Notes: generated from the letters alone by a model not told the origin. Shown: positions 23,214-32,449, counted from the first letter of the stretch. The stretch is DNA of 64,000 bases from Bdellovibrionales bacterium (GCA_965261545.1 CBDHDF010000010.1:992001-1056000); one strand, 5' to 3'. Numbers and translations are program-made.

Positions 23214-23233
23214 GTGTGGACCCGACGATGTAA
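21599..23233 (+). CDS. Large serine recombinase; stop codon supplied by flanking target DNA
   Basis: YCRVSS, D.GVSG...RPAL, PDRLAR, PYGY, LKNPAYYG, CKECG. The last 20 nt lie outside the element. Confidence 0.93.
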   Translation: METSVALYCRVSSDKQAQEGTIDSQISSLHDFAKEHNFCVEEDLIFMDNGVSGATLVRPALDSLRDKAFSGEVTKVLVLCPDRLARKYAHQLILIEEFQRLGVEIIFSNRDITNSPEDQLLLQIQGVISEYEREKIMERSRRGKLQKASKGFVSVLCGAPYGYIYILKTDSADARYEIHPEESKVVKNIFQMYCRNKLSIRAIAKELNIRGVPTRRQQGIWGRSTILCMLKNPAYYGQAAFRKTIKVERLRPTKFARDNNFYPKKHKSSSSNRNKKDWIYIPVPSIISSKTFQDASSQLEANKKLSSRNNKKYEYLLSGLLRCKECGYSIYGKPASHSRYKLCYYRCMGQDGYRWPAKGRVCSSHPVRVEVLDDLVWEQTVKLLENPQTVIDEYTSRIHEQKGEQQSLEKLIVKKAQEIRQITHEKERLLDLYQNGTLNLSEIESRLKKIRGKIKQLENEKQSLEYEQRQEGQQLQLVDQLQEFQKKVSANLKVLSFEQKKEIVRLLVKEVEVNIKASEIVVRHVVPTSKSLPLCPGSSVDPTM

Positions 23234-25035
23234 ATCGAACAGGTTTTGCACGAGGTTCTCGCCATACTCCTTCCATGTTAAATGGTCCACTCCCGCACTG
23301 GCTCCCCTATTCAAATAGAGGTAAGCCAAGTGGAGGGCTTCCACAGATACATGGTGAAGCAAGCAAGTGAGCTTACCATCCTTTCTCTTTGCTGCTATAC
23401 GGACTCGCTCCGTCGCCTGTGACACCTTTTCCCAACTCTGTGTTCGGCAGATGCTTTGACGGATTGAGTTCCCTTCAGTTCCACCCCTTCGCTCCAAGGA
23501 CTCCGCTGGGCTTGTAGGCCCTTTGTTCGTCCTCTTCATCGCTACTATGAGTGGATCCGATTTCTTTATTTCGTTCATGGGTTACGGTTACCTCCTTTCC
23601 CATGTCGCCCGTCGCACATGACGGGGTTAAATAAAGACCTCCCGAGGTCCCGGGATAAGATTCATGTATGTGCCAGTTTCTACGACGCCGTGGAGTCACC
23701 CACCAACTCACCATAGCGCTGGTGGGTATGTTGCGTTCGGCTACCATGACAGCCTCCGCACTCCAGAGTTCGGCATTTTCGACGCTCAATTATTTGGCCC
23801 ACACACACCCCTACCGATACATCGCTTCGGCCTCACGGCCGACAGCGCACGGCTTGGGGAGAGAAGTGGTCGGTTGACCTTCCTCTCGGGGGACTCTAAC
23901 CCCCTATCTTATCTCAGTTCGCCCGGCGAACCATGGCATTGCCCGCACTGATTGGCATGACTGATTCCCCTTAGCATAGCGTCATTGATGTTCTATAAAG
24001 ACCTCCAATCTTTAACCAAGGAGGTCGAAATGAGAACAAAGATGGATCATGAGCGTTACACAAAAATAAAATCATTAATAAAGGCAAATATTCCCGACCG
24101 AGAAATCAGTCGCCGCATGAAATGCTGCACCAAGACTCTTAGAAAGATAAGACGTGGTCTTTTAACAGACCCCAAGGATTGGAAGACCCAAAGAGAAATT
24201 CCCCCTTGGTCTTACGGTATAGATTGGAAGATTATTGAGAAGGAGATTGAGGATAGGCATTGTTTAAGTGACGTTTGGGAGGAAAAATTTCTGAAGGTCA
24301 TTAGCTACCCCCAGTTTACGAGGGAGTTTCATAAGCAATTTCCAAAAGCTGGCAAAAGGATTATTACCTTGCGTGATTTTCAGCCAGGCCACCAAGTTGA
24401 GGTTGATTACGCAGGATTTCAGCCAGAGTGGATCGATGAAGACCTTAATATTCATAAGGCCCATATATTTTGCTCAAATCTATGTTTCTCTCAGCGTATT
24501 TTTGCTTATGGCTCTTTGAGCGAATCTAGTGAAGATTTTCTTCACGCTCACGTTCTGATGTTTGAATATTACGGTGGGGTTCCGAGAGTGGTTGTTCCTG
24601 ATAATTTAAAGACTGGAGTGAACACACCCCATTTGTATGATCCAGAGTTGAATAAATCCTACCAAGAGCTTTTGGAACACTATGACACGGTGGCTGTTCC
24701 CGCTCGAGTTCGTCGTCCCCAGGATAAAAGCCTTACTGAGAATGCCGTGAAGCTCGTTACAAGGGCCCTCAGGTTTATGTACAGACGAGAGACCTTCACC
24801 AGTCTGGATCAAATTAATAAGGCTTTAAGGGAGGTGTGCGAGAAGATAAATGCTCGCCCTCACACAAGATTTAAGGTCTCTCGCAATGAAAAATTTCAAC
24901 GAGAGGTAAAAACTTTAAAACCCTTGCCTTCTTTTCCCTACCGGTGGGGACGTTGGGAGAAGAAAAAACTCCACCAAGACTGTCATGTGAGCGTTGAATC
25001 CAACTTCTACTCGGCTCCGTTTCAGCACCGAGGGG

Positions 25036-25085
25036 TGTTAGGCGCCAATTAAAATTGGCCATTTTTAGAAGCCGTCGCCAATGAA
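25036..25085 (+). mobile_element. Orphan terminal fragment of a second, probably IS21-like, element
   Basis: TGTTAGGCGCCAATTAAAATTGGCC...GTCGCCAATGAAAA: starts TG, has an internally repeated CGCCAAT.AAAA motif, and matches neither flanking element. Confidence 0.5.
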
Positions 25086-26129
25086 AAACGGCGTACATTA
25101 AACTTTTTTCTCATTTTATCAACAATATCTGAAAGCGTCTTGCCTTCAAAAGTATTACCAGGGAAAACCTCAAAACCTAAAGGGATGCCATCCCGATTCA
25201 CCAACAAACCAAAGACAACTTGGGTGCAGTCTGATCGTCTCTCTTTACTATAGCCAAATTGACGAAGTTTCCCTAAGTCTGTTCTTGTACTCTCGAAGCG
25301 TAAGGTTGTTAAATCATACAACACAATGTCTACTTGGAAATTAAATAAATCTCGCCCCACCCAATAAAGCGAGTTCTCTATTTCATCCTTATGGGAGGCA
25401 AGTAAGTCCATAGACCGATAAATATGCTGGAGACTCAAATCACCCTTAATCATGTCTGGGTAAAAAGATTTTTGCCAATACTCAAAAACCTTTAACTTGG
25501 AACTAGGAGCAATAAATCGGCTGGCAACTAAGGTAAAAATCACCTTACATAAATCAAATTGAACTTTCTCATGAGAATCTTTTATGTCTTTGAGGGTCTT
25601 ATTGATACCCAGTTGATCAAACAACTTTTGTAAAATCAGCAAGGGACCCAAAATGAAAGTCTCTTCGATGTAAAGCTCCTTAGCCAATTGACTCACAGTG
25701 AGAAGCTCTCGGTGGCGGGATACGGCCTGCGCCAAACTATTAATCTTATCCTCTCCTCCTTCCAGCGCGTCATGCGAGCCTTGCGCACTGATAAAACTGC
25801 GCCAAACTATTAATCTTATCCTCTCCTCCTTCTCCAGCCTTACCTAAGGACATGAGCATGCGTTTTTTGGATTTGCCTTTTTCTCTGTAGGACTCCACAA
25901 GGTGGTAGTAGCACTGACCTTTTGAGTTTTTAGTCGTTTGGATGTACATGAGGATATTTTCTACATATTTCTATGATATATCAATATTTAAAACGATAAA
26001 ATCCTATTTTGTTTTCTACACTTTTTTTACGTCAATTTTAATTTTTCCAGCAGCTACCATTATATTTCAGTACAACCCCAATTTCTGGAAATTTCGCATT
26101 TTAACGCAGATGCTGCTGTCAAACTCGGG
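25086..26129 (-). mobile_element. Truncated IS1634 (left end and 5' part of transposase)
   Basis: Near-identical to 54050-55021, including the TIR. Breaks at ...KFNVRRF and carries a 70-bp insertion. Confidence 0.9.
25727..25832. repeat. 36-bp direct repeat flanking a 34-bp unrelated insert (repeat-spacer-repeat geometry)
   Basis: CTGCGCCAAACTATTAATCTTATCCTCTCCTCCTTC at 25727-25762 and 25797-25832. Single copy and no insert in the sister element (54347-54382). Confidence 0.92.
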
Positions 26130-26601
26130 ATTTACTTTCAAAAACAGCTCCTCGCTCGCCACAAGAGGACCAAAGGTAAACTCGGAGAGTACATCACCAA
26201 AAACGAACACCTCCCGGAGCCCAGTCGCGCCTACAAGGAGGCCACTCCCCAGAACATTCTTATTCAAGCAAGTATGATTTGTAAAGAGCTTGAAAACTTC
26301 ATTGAGGAGCTTTTTCAGGGTGGGACCATTGAAAATCTCAGAAGAGCTATGGGCTTTGTAAGCTCCTGTCACAAAGAAATCCAGAAAGAGGGCAAGGAAA
26401 AGTCCCTTCCTCTCATTATCAAAGCCCTTGAGGACTGCAAGCAGTGGGAGAAAAGGAGGGTTAGATATTTTCAGCAACAACTCCATTTCTATAAAGGGCA
26501 AAAAATAAAAAAGGTGAACGAGAAAATAGATCGTAAACAAGGCAACCCTTATTTGCGACATAACGAAAATCCAAATAACCAAAGCCCCAAGGAGGTGCCA
26601 G

Positions 26602-27354
26602 ATGGATGAAGTACAAATCAAAAACCACATGCATGAGTTGAAGCTCTATGGAATGTTAGACAGCCTTGAAGTGGCGCTGGATAACACAAGCCACAAGACT
26701 CAAGCATTGGATCTATTGAACGAGCTGTTATTTGCAGAAGTGGAGGCTCGGAAAATCCAATTCAGCCAAAGACTTCTCAAGACCTCAAAGCTGCCTCACA
26801 AGGTCAGAGGTGAGGCATTTGACCACCATGCCAAAAGGTCTATTAGTAAAAGAGAGGTGGATAGGCTTCAAACTTTATCATGGGTTAAGGAGCAAAGGTC
26901 TATCATTGTCGAAGGGCCAACGGGGGTGGGTAAAACCTTCTTGGCCCAGAGCCTGGGACACCAGTGTTGTCAATCCAGAATCTCCACACTGTTTATAGAC
27001 ATCAACATATTTCTAGAAACCTTGGCCCTGGAAAGGCACTCAGGAAGGTATTTGAACTACTTGCGTCGTCTGGGCCGCCCCCAAGTGTTAATTTTTGATG
27101 ACTTTGGATTAAGGAAGTTCTCCCAAAGTGAATCCACAGACTTCTGCGATATTTTAAAGTTTCGTTCCGATAGGTCCACCGTTATTACCACTCAACTGCC
27201 AATAACGCATTGGTCAGAAATTATTGATGATGAGGTGCTGGCAGATACTATCATCGACCGTTTGAAGCATACCGCCATAAAAATTTTACTTAAAGGAGAG
27301 AGTTATCGAAAAATCCAGGGAACAAAACTTGACCAGGACTTTTCCCTAAAATAG
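26602..27354 (+). CDS. istB: IS21 helper ATPase IstB
   Basis: GPTGVGKT Walker A, LIFDDFG Walker B, ADTIIDRL, GESYRK. Confidence 0.93.
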   Translation: MDEVQIKNHMHELKLYGMLDSLEVALDNTSHKTQALDLLNELLFAEVEARKIQFSQRLLKTSKLPHKVRGEAFDHHAKRSISKREVDRLQTLSWVKEQRSIIVEGPTGVGKTFLAQSLGHQCCQSRISTLFIDINIFLETLALERHSGRYLNYLRRLGRPQVLIFDDFGLRKFSQSESTDFCDILKFRSDRSTVITTQLPITHWSEIIDDEVLADTIIDRLKHTAIKILLKGESYRKIQGTKLDQDFSLK

Positions 27355-28609
27355 GAAGAAATAGGATTACAAATTAACTAAAATTTTCCCCAGAAATGGG
27401 AAGGAAAATCATCAATGACGCATTGAAATAGGGAAAGTGAGGGTAATGGGTGCAACCAGTGCGGGCAATACGCGCAATTGTACACTTATGACTGAATAAA
27501 CAACTCCCATCATTTTGTGACCAACGGCAATCACTGATCTCTTGTGCCCACGCCTTATAACAAGTGATTGGTATTTGCCTTTGAATTGTGAATTCGTCTT
27601 AATAGCACTATTGGCCATCTCACATACCAACGATTTCACATATGTGTTCGCTTTCCTCGTTCGTGAAGACTTTTTTTTTCCTGCGCTCTCATTATTGGAT
27701 GGGCAAATCCCCATCCAGGAGCAAAAATTTCCTTTATTTTTAAAAGACTTCACATTGCCTCCTATTTCTGCAATCAAAAGCGCTGCACTTAATTCGTCAA
27801 TTCCAGGTATAGTCTGGAGTAGATGCCACTGCCTTTCATAGGGTTTCATACGAATGAAAAGTTCTTCTTCAATTTGAGAGCATTCTTTTTTCAAAAAATC
27901 TATTCGATCAAGAATGCGTTGAAGAACAAAACGATTTTCTTCCGTCATCTTTCCCGACAGGGCGTAAGAAAATTCTTCGGTCTTTTGACGTAAAGACCCT
28001 CTGGCAAGAGACATCAATTTAGAAACTGATCTCTCTCCATTAGCTATGGCACGAATCATGGCCATACCAGATACGCAGTCAGCTTTAGACATTGCATAGG
28101 TTAAACGAATGCCTGAATATTCAAGAACCTTATACATACGATTTTGTTCCGAAGATATTTGGCGGATCGTTTTTGTACGATAACGAGCCAAAAGTCTAAT
28201 AGAACGAATCTCACGTGGAGGAATGAAGCTAGCTCTTAGAAGACCACAAGCACCAAGCTCTGCAATCCACTGGCTATCCAACACGTCAGTTTTTTTACCA
28301 GTAATATTTTTGACATGAAAGGCATTGATAACATCTACTTCATAACCTTTTTCTGTCAAATCATCGTATAAAGAATTCCAATAAATCCCTGTGCTCTCAA
28401 AAAGAACTCTCTCAACCTTATGTGGCTTCATCCAAGAGCGCATTCTAGGAAAATTTTTTGGAAAATTCTTGAACTCTTTTGTGAAAAACTTCTTCTTACC
28501 GTCTTCCACTTTGACAATCGTACACATCAACATATGTTGATGAACATCTATTCCACAAACAGAACTATAAATAATATCCACATGACTCCTCCTTTCTGTT
28601 AGAAAAAAA

Positions 28610-28796
28610 GAAGGTGATAAAACTAGAGCCTTGGGATTTTGCCATAAATTCTAAAGCGAAAATAGGTCAACTTACTATACGTCCATACACTCAGAGTGCA
28701 GGTACATGCGTGGGTTCGATCCAAAGCTCAAGACCATGTTACTTCACGGAATTAAAATTACCAATCTATTCAACGGCCACTCATCTTATCACCTTC
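28610..28796 (-). ncRNA. Putative IS110 bridge/seek RNA region
   Basis: Non-coding DNA just upstream of the IS110 ORF, closed by a perfect 11-bp IR GAAGGTGATAA (28610-28620) / TTATCACCTTC (28786-28796). Contains ATAGTAA matching the element circle junction. Limits are approximate. Confidence 0.5.
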
Positions 28797-29313
28797 CAAT
28801 AATGTTATTGCTTTATCCTTTATTGTATCGGAATCATACATGACAAAAATACCATCAAAAGTCCAGAGTAACTAAAAGAGGCCAATTATATAGACCAGCG
28901 AAGCTGTCCACCGAGTTGCTTCGTGCAAAGAAGTGGGGGCCTAGAAAGATTCATGGGCGTGGGTGGGGAAGCAAGGCGCCCCCATGAATGTTACTATACG
29001 TCCATACACTCAGAGTGCAGGTACATGCGTGGGTTCGATCCAAAGCTCAAGACCATGTTACTTCACGGAATTAAAATTACCAATCTATTCAACGGCCACT
29101 CATCTTATCACCTTCCAATAATGTTATTGCTTTATCCTTTATTGTATCGGAATCATACATGACAAAAATACCATCAAAAGTCCAGAGTAACTAAAAGAGG
29201 CCAATTATATAGACCAGCGAAGCTGTCCACCGAGTTGCTTCGTGCAAAGAAGTGGGGGCCTAGAAAGATTCATGGGCGTGGGTGGGGAAGCAAGGCGCCC
29301 CCATGAATGTTAC
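28672..29313. repeat. Tandem duplication of a 319-bp non-coding IS110 end
   Basis: Units start with TTAC at 28672 and 28991; closing TTAC at 29310. Confidence 0.95.
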
Positions 29314-29321
29314 CTTTAGAG

Positions 29322-29678
29322 CTAGGTCGCAAAGTTGTAATCACATCTACAAAGGTCGTTGGAGATGTCGTCGAAATAACTTTGGAAGCCTCTGCGGCCG
29401 GCCTTGAGTTTGTTGCAGAACTTGCCAGTGAAGTTATTACATTTACCATTCAAGTCTCTCGCGCCGCTTTAGAAGCTTCTTTAACTGCGGCAGGACACAC
29501 CTTAGATTTTATTGTGGCGAGTAGTGAAGTGGCACTTAAAGGTGTGGCCATTGTTGCTGGATCCACAGCTCAAGTGATTGGGCATACACTTGTCCTAGCT
29601 ACTTCACCTGCCGTCGCTGTGGGAATCGTACTCAACGATGTTGGATGCCAAATCTATGGAGCAAATCACTGCGAATAA
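29322..29678 (+). pseudogene. C-terminal half of the split Ala/Ser/Val-rich protein
   Basis: In frame with 7930-8202 across TSD CTTTAGAG. Confidence 0.85.
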
Positions 29679-29757
29679 CAGGTAGGTACATACTATTAAA
29701 TTTTGTATACCAATTAGGTTGGAGAGCTGTCTTTGCAGTTCTCCATTTCTCTTCGCA

Positions 29758-29805
29758 CAACGAAGCAACGAAGCAACGAAGCAACGAAGCAACGAAGCAA
29801 CGAAG
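29758..29805. repeat. Six perfect copies of CAACGAAG
   Basis: Direct count. Lies about 30 bp upstream of the ATG at 29836. Confidence 0.95.
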
Positions 29806-30539
29806 GCATTAAATTGCTACCATAAGGAGAATGACATGACTTTTATGAAAAATATGAAAGAAAAGATAGCATTACTCACCTTACTTACATGCAGCTTATG
29901 GCTTATCTTACTTGCGCCCACATCCTCTCTTGCTGTCGTCAGTGGTGGTGGCTGTGGAAGCGAAGAGCCCCAAGCTCCCAAGTATGATCTTAAGAAACAC
30001 AAAGAGAATACCGCCACCATGGGCTTTCTACTGTACCAATACCTAAATGAAAATGTAGACCAAGTTGCCATTGTGGCACGGGCAGGAGGAGATGTCTCTA
30101 AAGAAAATTTTCGTTATCCCTCTCAACTAAAGTATACCCATGCAGGTATTGCTTGGAAAAACTCCAAGGGCCATTGGTATTTCAAACATGTTCTCAATAC
30201 TTGTGCAGGACCAACCTCTGACATATACGATCAAAGCCTTGCTCAATTTTTTAATGATAGCCCATACTTCTATGATTTCATAGTTGGGTCCCCCTCCAAG
30301 GAATTACAAGACAAAATGATCCAAGTATTAGAGGATGAGAAGCTTGTCCAAAAAATTCACAACCCCGACTACAGCAATATAGCAAATCCATTCAATAGAG
30401 TGTATCAGAATTCCAATGGATGGGTATTAAATGCCCTAGCCGCAGCCCAAAGCGGGAAATCGACACTCCGTGGTCTCATGAATTATTATAAAAGACAAGG
30501 CTTTCGACCTAGTCAAGTTGAGGTTGGATTTTTTAAAAG

Positions 30540-32449
30540 GTTACGGTAGGAATGCGTGTTGCCACGCACCCCCCGCACAGATCCGGACGTGCTCGTTAAA
30601 GCATCCGGCTCCTACTTCAGGTGGTACCGCATAGCGAACCTATCTGTTGGCCACGGGTGGCGTATGGATATACGAGGCCAGAATAGACGAATCATTCTAT
30701 CCAACCTCTTCCACGAGAATCTCCGTCCACGCTGTGAGCGTCGTCGGATGGCTTTCATCCAAGCACTCCTGATTGCGCAAATAAATTTTCGTAGGTACAC
30801 CGTACTTCCTGGAACCGCAAAATAATTGAGCCAGCCTTTGATGACCAAACCCAACCACTTTGCACATTCCGCTAGGTCCCTCGTGTAGACTCGTTTTCTC
30901 AGACTCAGCTTCAGGTGCTGTAAGGTCCGGCAGACTCTCTTGGATATGGGTTTACGCCCTATCCTAAAGCCTCCTTTCCTCGTGCGCACACAAAAGTGAG
31001 TGAATCCTAAGAAATCAAAAGTCTCGGAGTGACCAAGACCTCGTCGGCGGCAATTTGCATTTGCAAATCGACCGAACTCTATGAGGCGAGTTTTCCCCGG
31101 ATGTATTTCTAGAGAAAACTCCTTAAGCCTGCGCTTCAGATCATTGAGGAAGCGTTCAGCTTCCCCCTTGTATTGAAAGCCTACGACAAAGTCATCGGCG
31201 TAGCGAACAAATATCATGTCCCCTGTGGCATGGTCCTTGCGCCATTTCTGCATCCATAAATCCAACACATAATGTAAATATATGTTGGCGAAGATAGGGG
31301 AAATATTTGAACCTTGAACGGTCCCTCTCCCTGTGTCTTCTAAGACGCCTTGAGATAGCACTCCGCACTTGAGCCACTTTTCAAAGAGACGAATGAGTCT
31401 CTCATCTCCGATGAGGTGTTTTAGAAAGCGAATTAGAGTCTTTCTATCCACGCTATCGAAGTAGGATTTTATATCCGCATCCAATATGTAGCTGATCTTT
31501 CTACGCTCTATTCCGTAAGCCAGAGCATCCAACGCATTATGCGCTCCACGCCCTGGACGGAATCCGTAGCTATAACCGAGGAAATGTTCCTCGTAGATGG
31601 GAGAGAGGATGCTGTCTACAACGGCCTTCTGGACAATCTTGTCCTCCAAGGCCAGGACACCCAAGGGTCTTGTGCCCCCGTCTGACTTGGGTATTTCTAC
31701 CCGCAAGACAGGTTGCCCTTTGTAAGCACCCGTGTGGACCCGACGATGTAAATCGAACAGGTTTTGCACGAGGTTCTCGCCATACTCCTTCCATGTTAAA
31801 TGGTCCACTCCCGCACTGGCTCCCCTATTCAAATAGAGGTAAGCCAAGTGGAGGGCTTCCACAGATACATGGTGAAGCAAGCAAGTGAGCTTACCATCCT
31901 TTCTCTTTGCTGCTATACGGACTCGCTCCGTCGCCTGTGACACCTTTTCCCAACTCTGTGTTCGGCAGATGCTTTGACGGATTGAGTTCCCTTCAGTTCC
32001 ACCCCTTCGCTCCAAGGACTCCGCTGGGCTTGTAGGCCCTTTGTTCGTCCTCTTCATCGCTACTATGAGTGGATCCGATTTCTTTATTTCGTTCATGGGT
32101 TACGGTTACCTCCTTTCCCATGTCGCCCGTCGCACATGACGGGGTTAAATAAAGACCTCCCGAGGTCCCGGGATAAGATTCATGTATGTGCCAGTTTCTA
32201 CGACGCCGTGGAGTCACCCACCAACTCACCATAGCGCTGGTGGGTATGTTGCGTTCGGCTACCATGACAGCCTCCGCACTCCAGAGTTCGGCATTTTCGA
32301 CGCTCAATTATTTGGCCCACACACACCCCTACCGATACATCGCTTCGGCCTCACGGCCGACAGCGCACGGCTTGGGGAGAGAAGTGGTCGGTTGACCTTC
32401 CTCTCGGGGGACTCTAACCCCCTATCTTATCTCAGTTCGCCCGGCGAAC
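30540..32449 (-). mobile_element. Group II intron, copy 3 (1910 nt, intact)
   Basis: Near-identical to copy 1. Boundaries confirmed by in-frame restoration of the host gene. Confidence 0.95.
30612..32096 (-). CDS. ltrA: Group II intron reverse transcriptase/maturase
   Basis: Identical protein to 18221-19705. Confidence 0.95.
   Translation of the reverse strand: MNEIKKSDPLIVAMKRTNKGPTSPAESLERRGGTEGNSIRQSICRTQSWEKVSQATERVRIAAKRKDGKLTCLLHHVSVEALHLAYLYLNRGASAGVDHLTWKEYGENLVQNLFDLHRRVHTGAYKGQPVLRVEIPKSDGGTRPLGVLALEDKIVQKAVVDSILSPIYEEHFLGYSYGFRPGRGAHNALDALAYGIERRKISYILDADIKSYFDSVDRKTLIRFLKHLIGDERLIRLFEKWLKCGVLSQGVLEDTGRGTVQGSNISPIFANIYLHYVLDLWMQKWRKDHATGDMIFVRYADDFVVGFQYKGEAERFLNDLKRRLKEFSLEIHPGKTRLIEFGRFANANCRRRGLGHSETFDFLGFTHFCVRTRKGGFRIGRKPISKRVCRTLQHLKLSLRKRVYTRDLAECAKWLGLVIKGWLNYFAVPGSTVYLRKFICAIRSAWMKAIRRRSQRGRRFSWKRLDRMIRLFWPRISIRHPWPTDRFAMRYHLK

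Larger units (their letters stand above)
20154..23578 (-). pseudogene. ltrA: Intron RT/maturase split by LSR element B
   Basis: Halves 23578-23214 and 21275-20154 match 18221-19705. Confidence 0.92.
20082..23931 (-). mobile_element. Group II intron, copy 2, interrupted by LSR element B
   Basis: Near-identical to copies 1 and 3 apart from a 1940-bp insert at CCCGT|GTGG. Confidence 0.95.
24030..26609 (+). pseudogene. istA: IS21 transposase IstA, interrupted at 25036-26129
   Basis: PGHQVEVDYAG, VVPDNLKTGV, RRPQDKSLTEN. Resumes as IYFQKQLLARHKR at 26130 with a short segment apparently missing. Confidence 0.88.
18139..27484 (+). mobile_element. IS21-family element (istA/istB), multiply interrupted
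   Basis: Ends TGTAAAATTG / CAATTGTACA with repeated ATTGCCCGCAC motifs. 8-bp TSD CTTATGAC (18131-18138, 27485-27492). Confidence 0.9.
18025..28581 (-). pseudogene. IS110 recombinase (400 aa when reconstructed), split near its 3' end by IS21
   Basis: ORF 28581-27493 continues at 18138-18025 after removing IS21 and TSD CTTATGAC. Confidence 0.9.
17937..28994 (-). mobile_element. IS110 inner copy, inserted into the non-coding end of the outer copy
   Basis: Junctions CAACTTAC|TATGAATC (17936/7) and GAATGTTAC|TATACG (28994/5). Explains the coding-coding-319bp-319bp order. Confidence 0.8.
11945..29313 (-). mobile_element. IS110-family element, outer copy (about 1.7 kb when nested inserts are removed)
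   Basis: Starts after TTAC of the IS66 end and finishes ...CATGAATGTTAC before the IS66 TSD. No TIR/TSD, only a shared (G)TTAC core. Confidence 0.85.

Noticed and set aside
25727..25832. Annotating as a bona fide CRISPR array
   Set aside because: Only two repeats, derived from transposase coding DNA, with no leader or cas genes visible. Kept as a repeat and a hypothesis.
28672..29313. 319-bp units as a separate repeat array or coding region (ORFs 28614-28802, 28923-29162)
   Set aside because: Explained more simply by nested IS110 ends; the ORFs cross junctions and lack motifs.
29719..29835. N-terminal extension with repeated QRSNEATK
   Set aside because: Translation of the octamer repeat; the SD-supported start is 29836.
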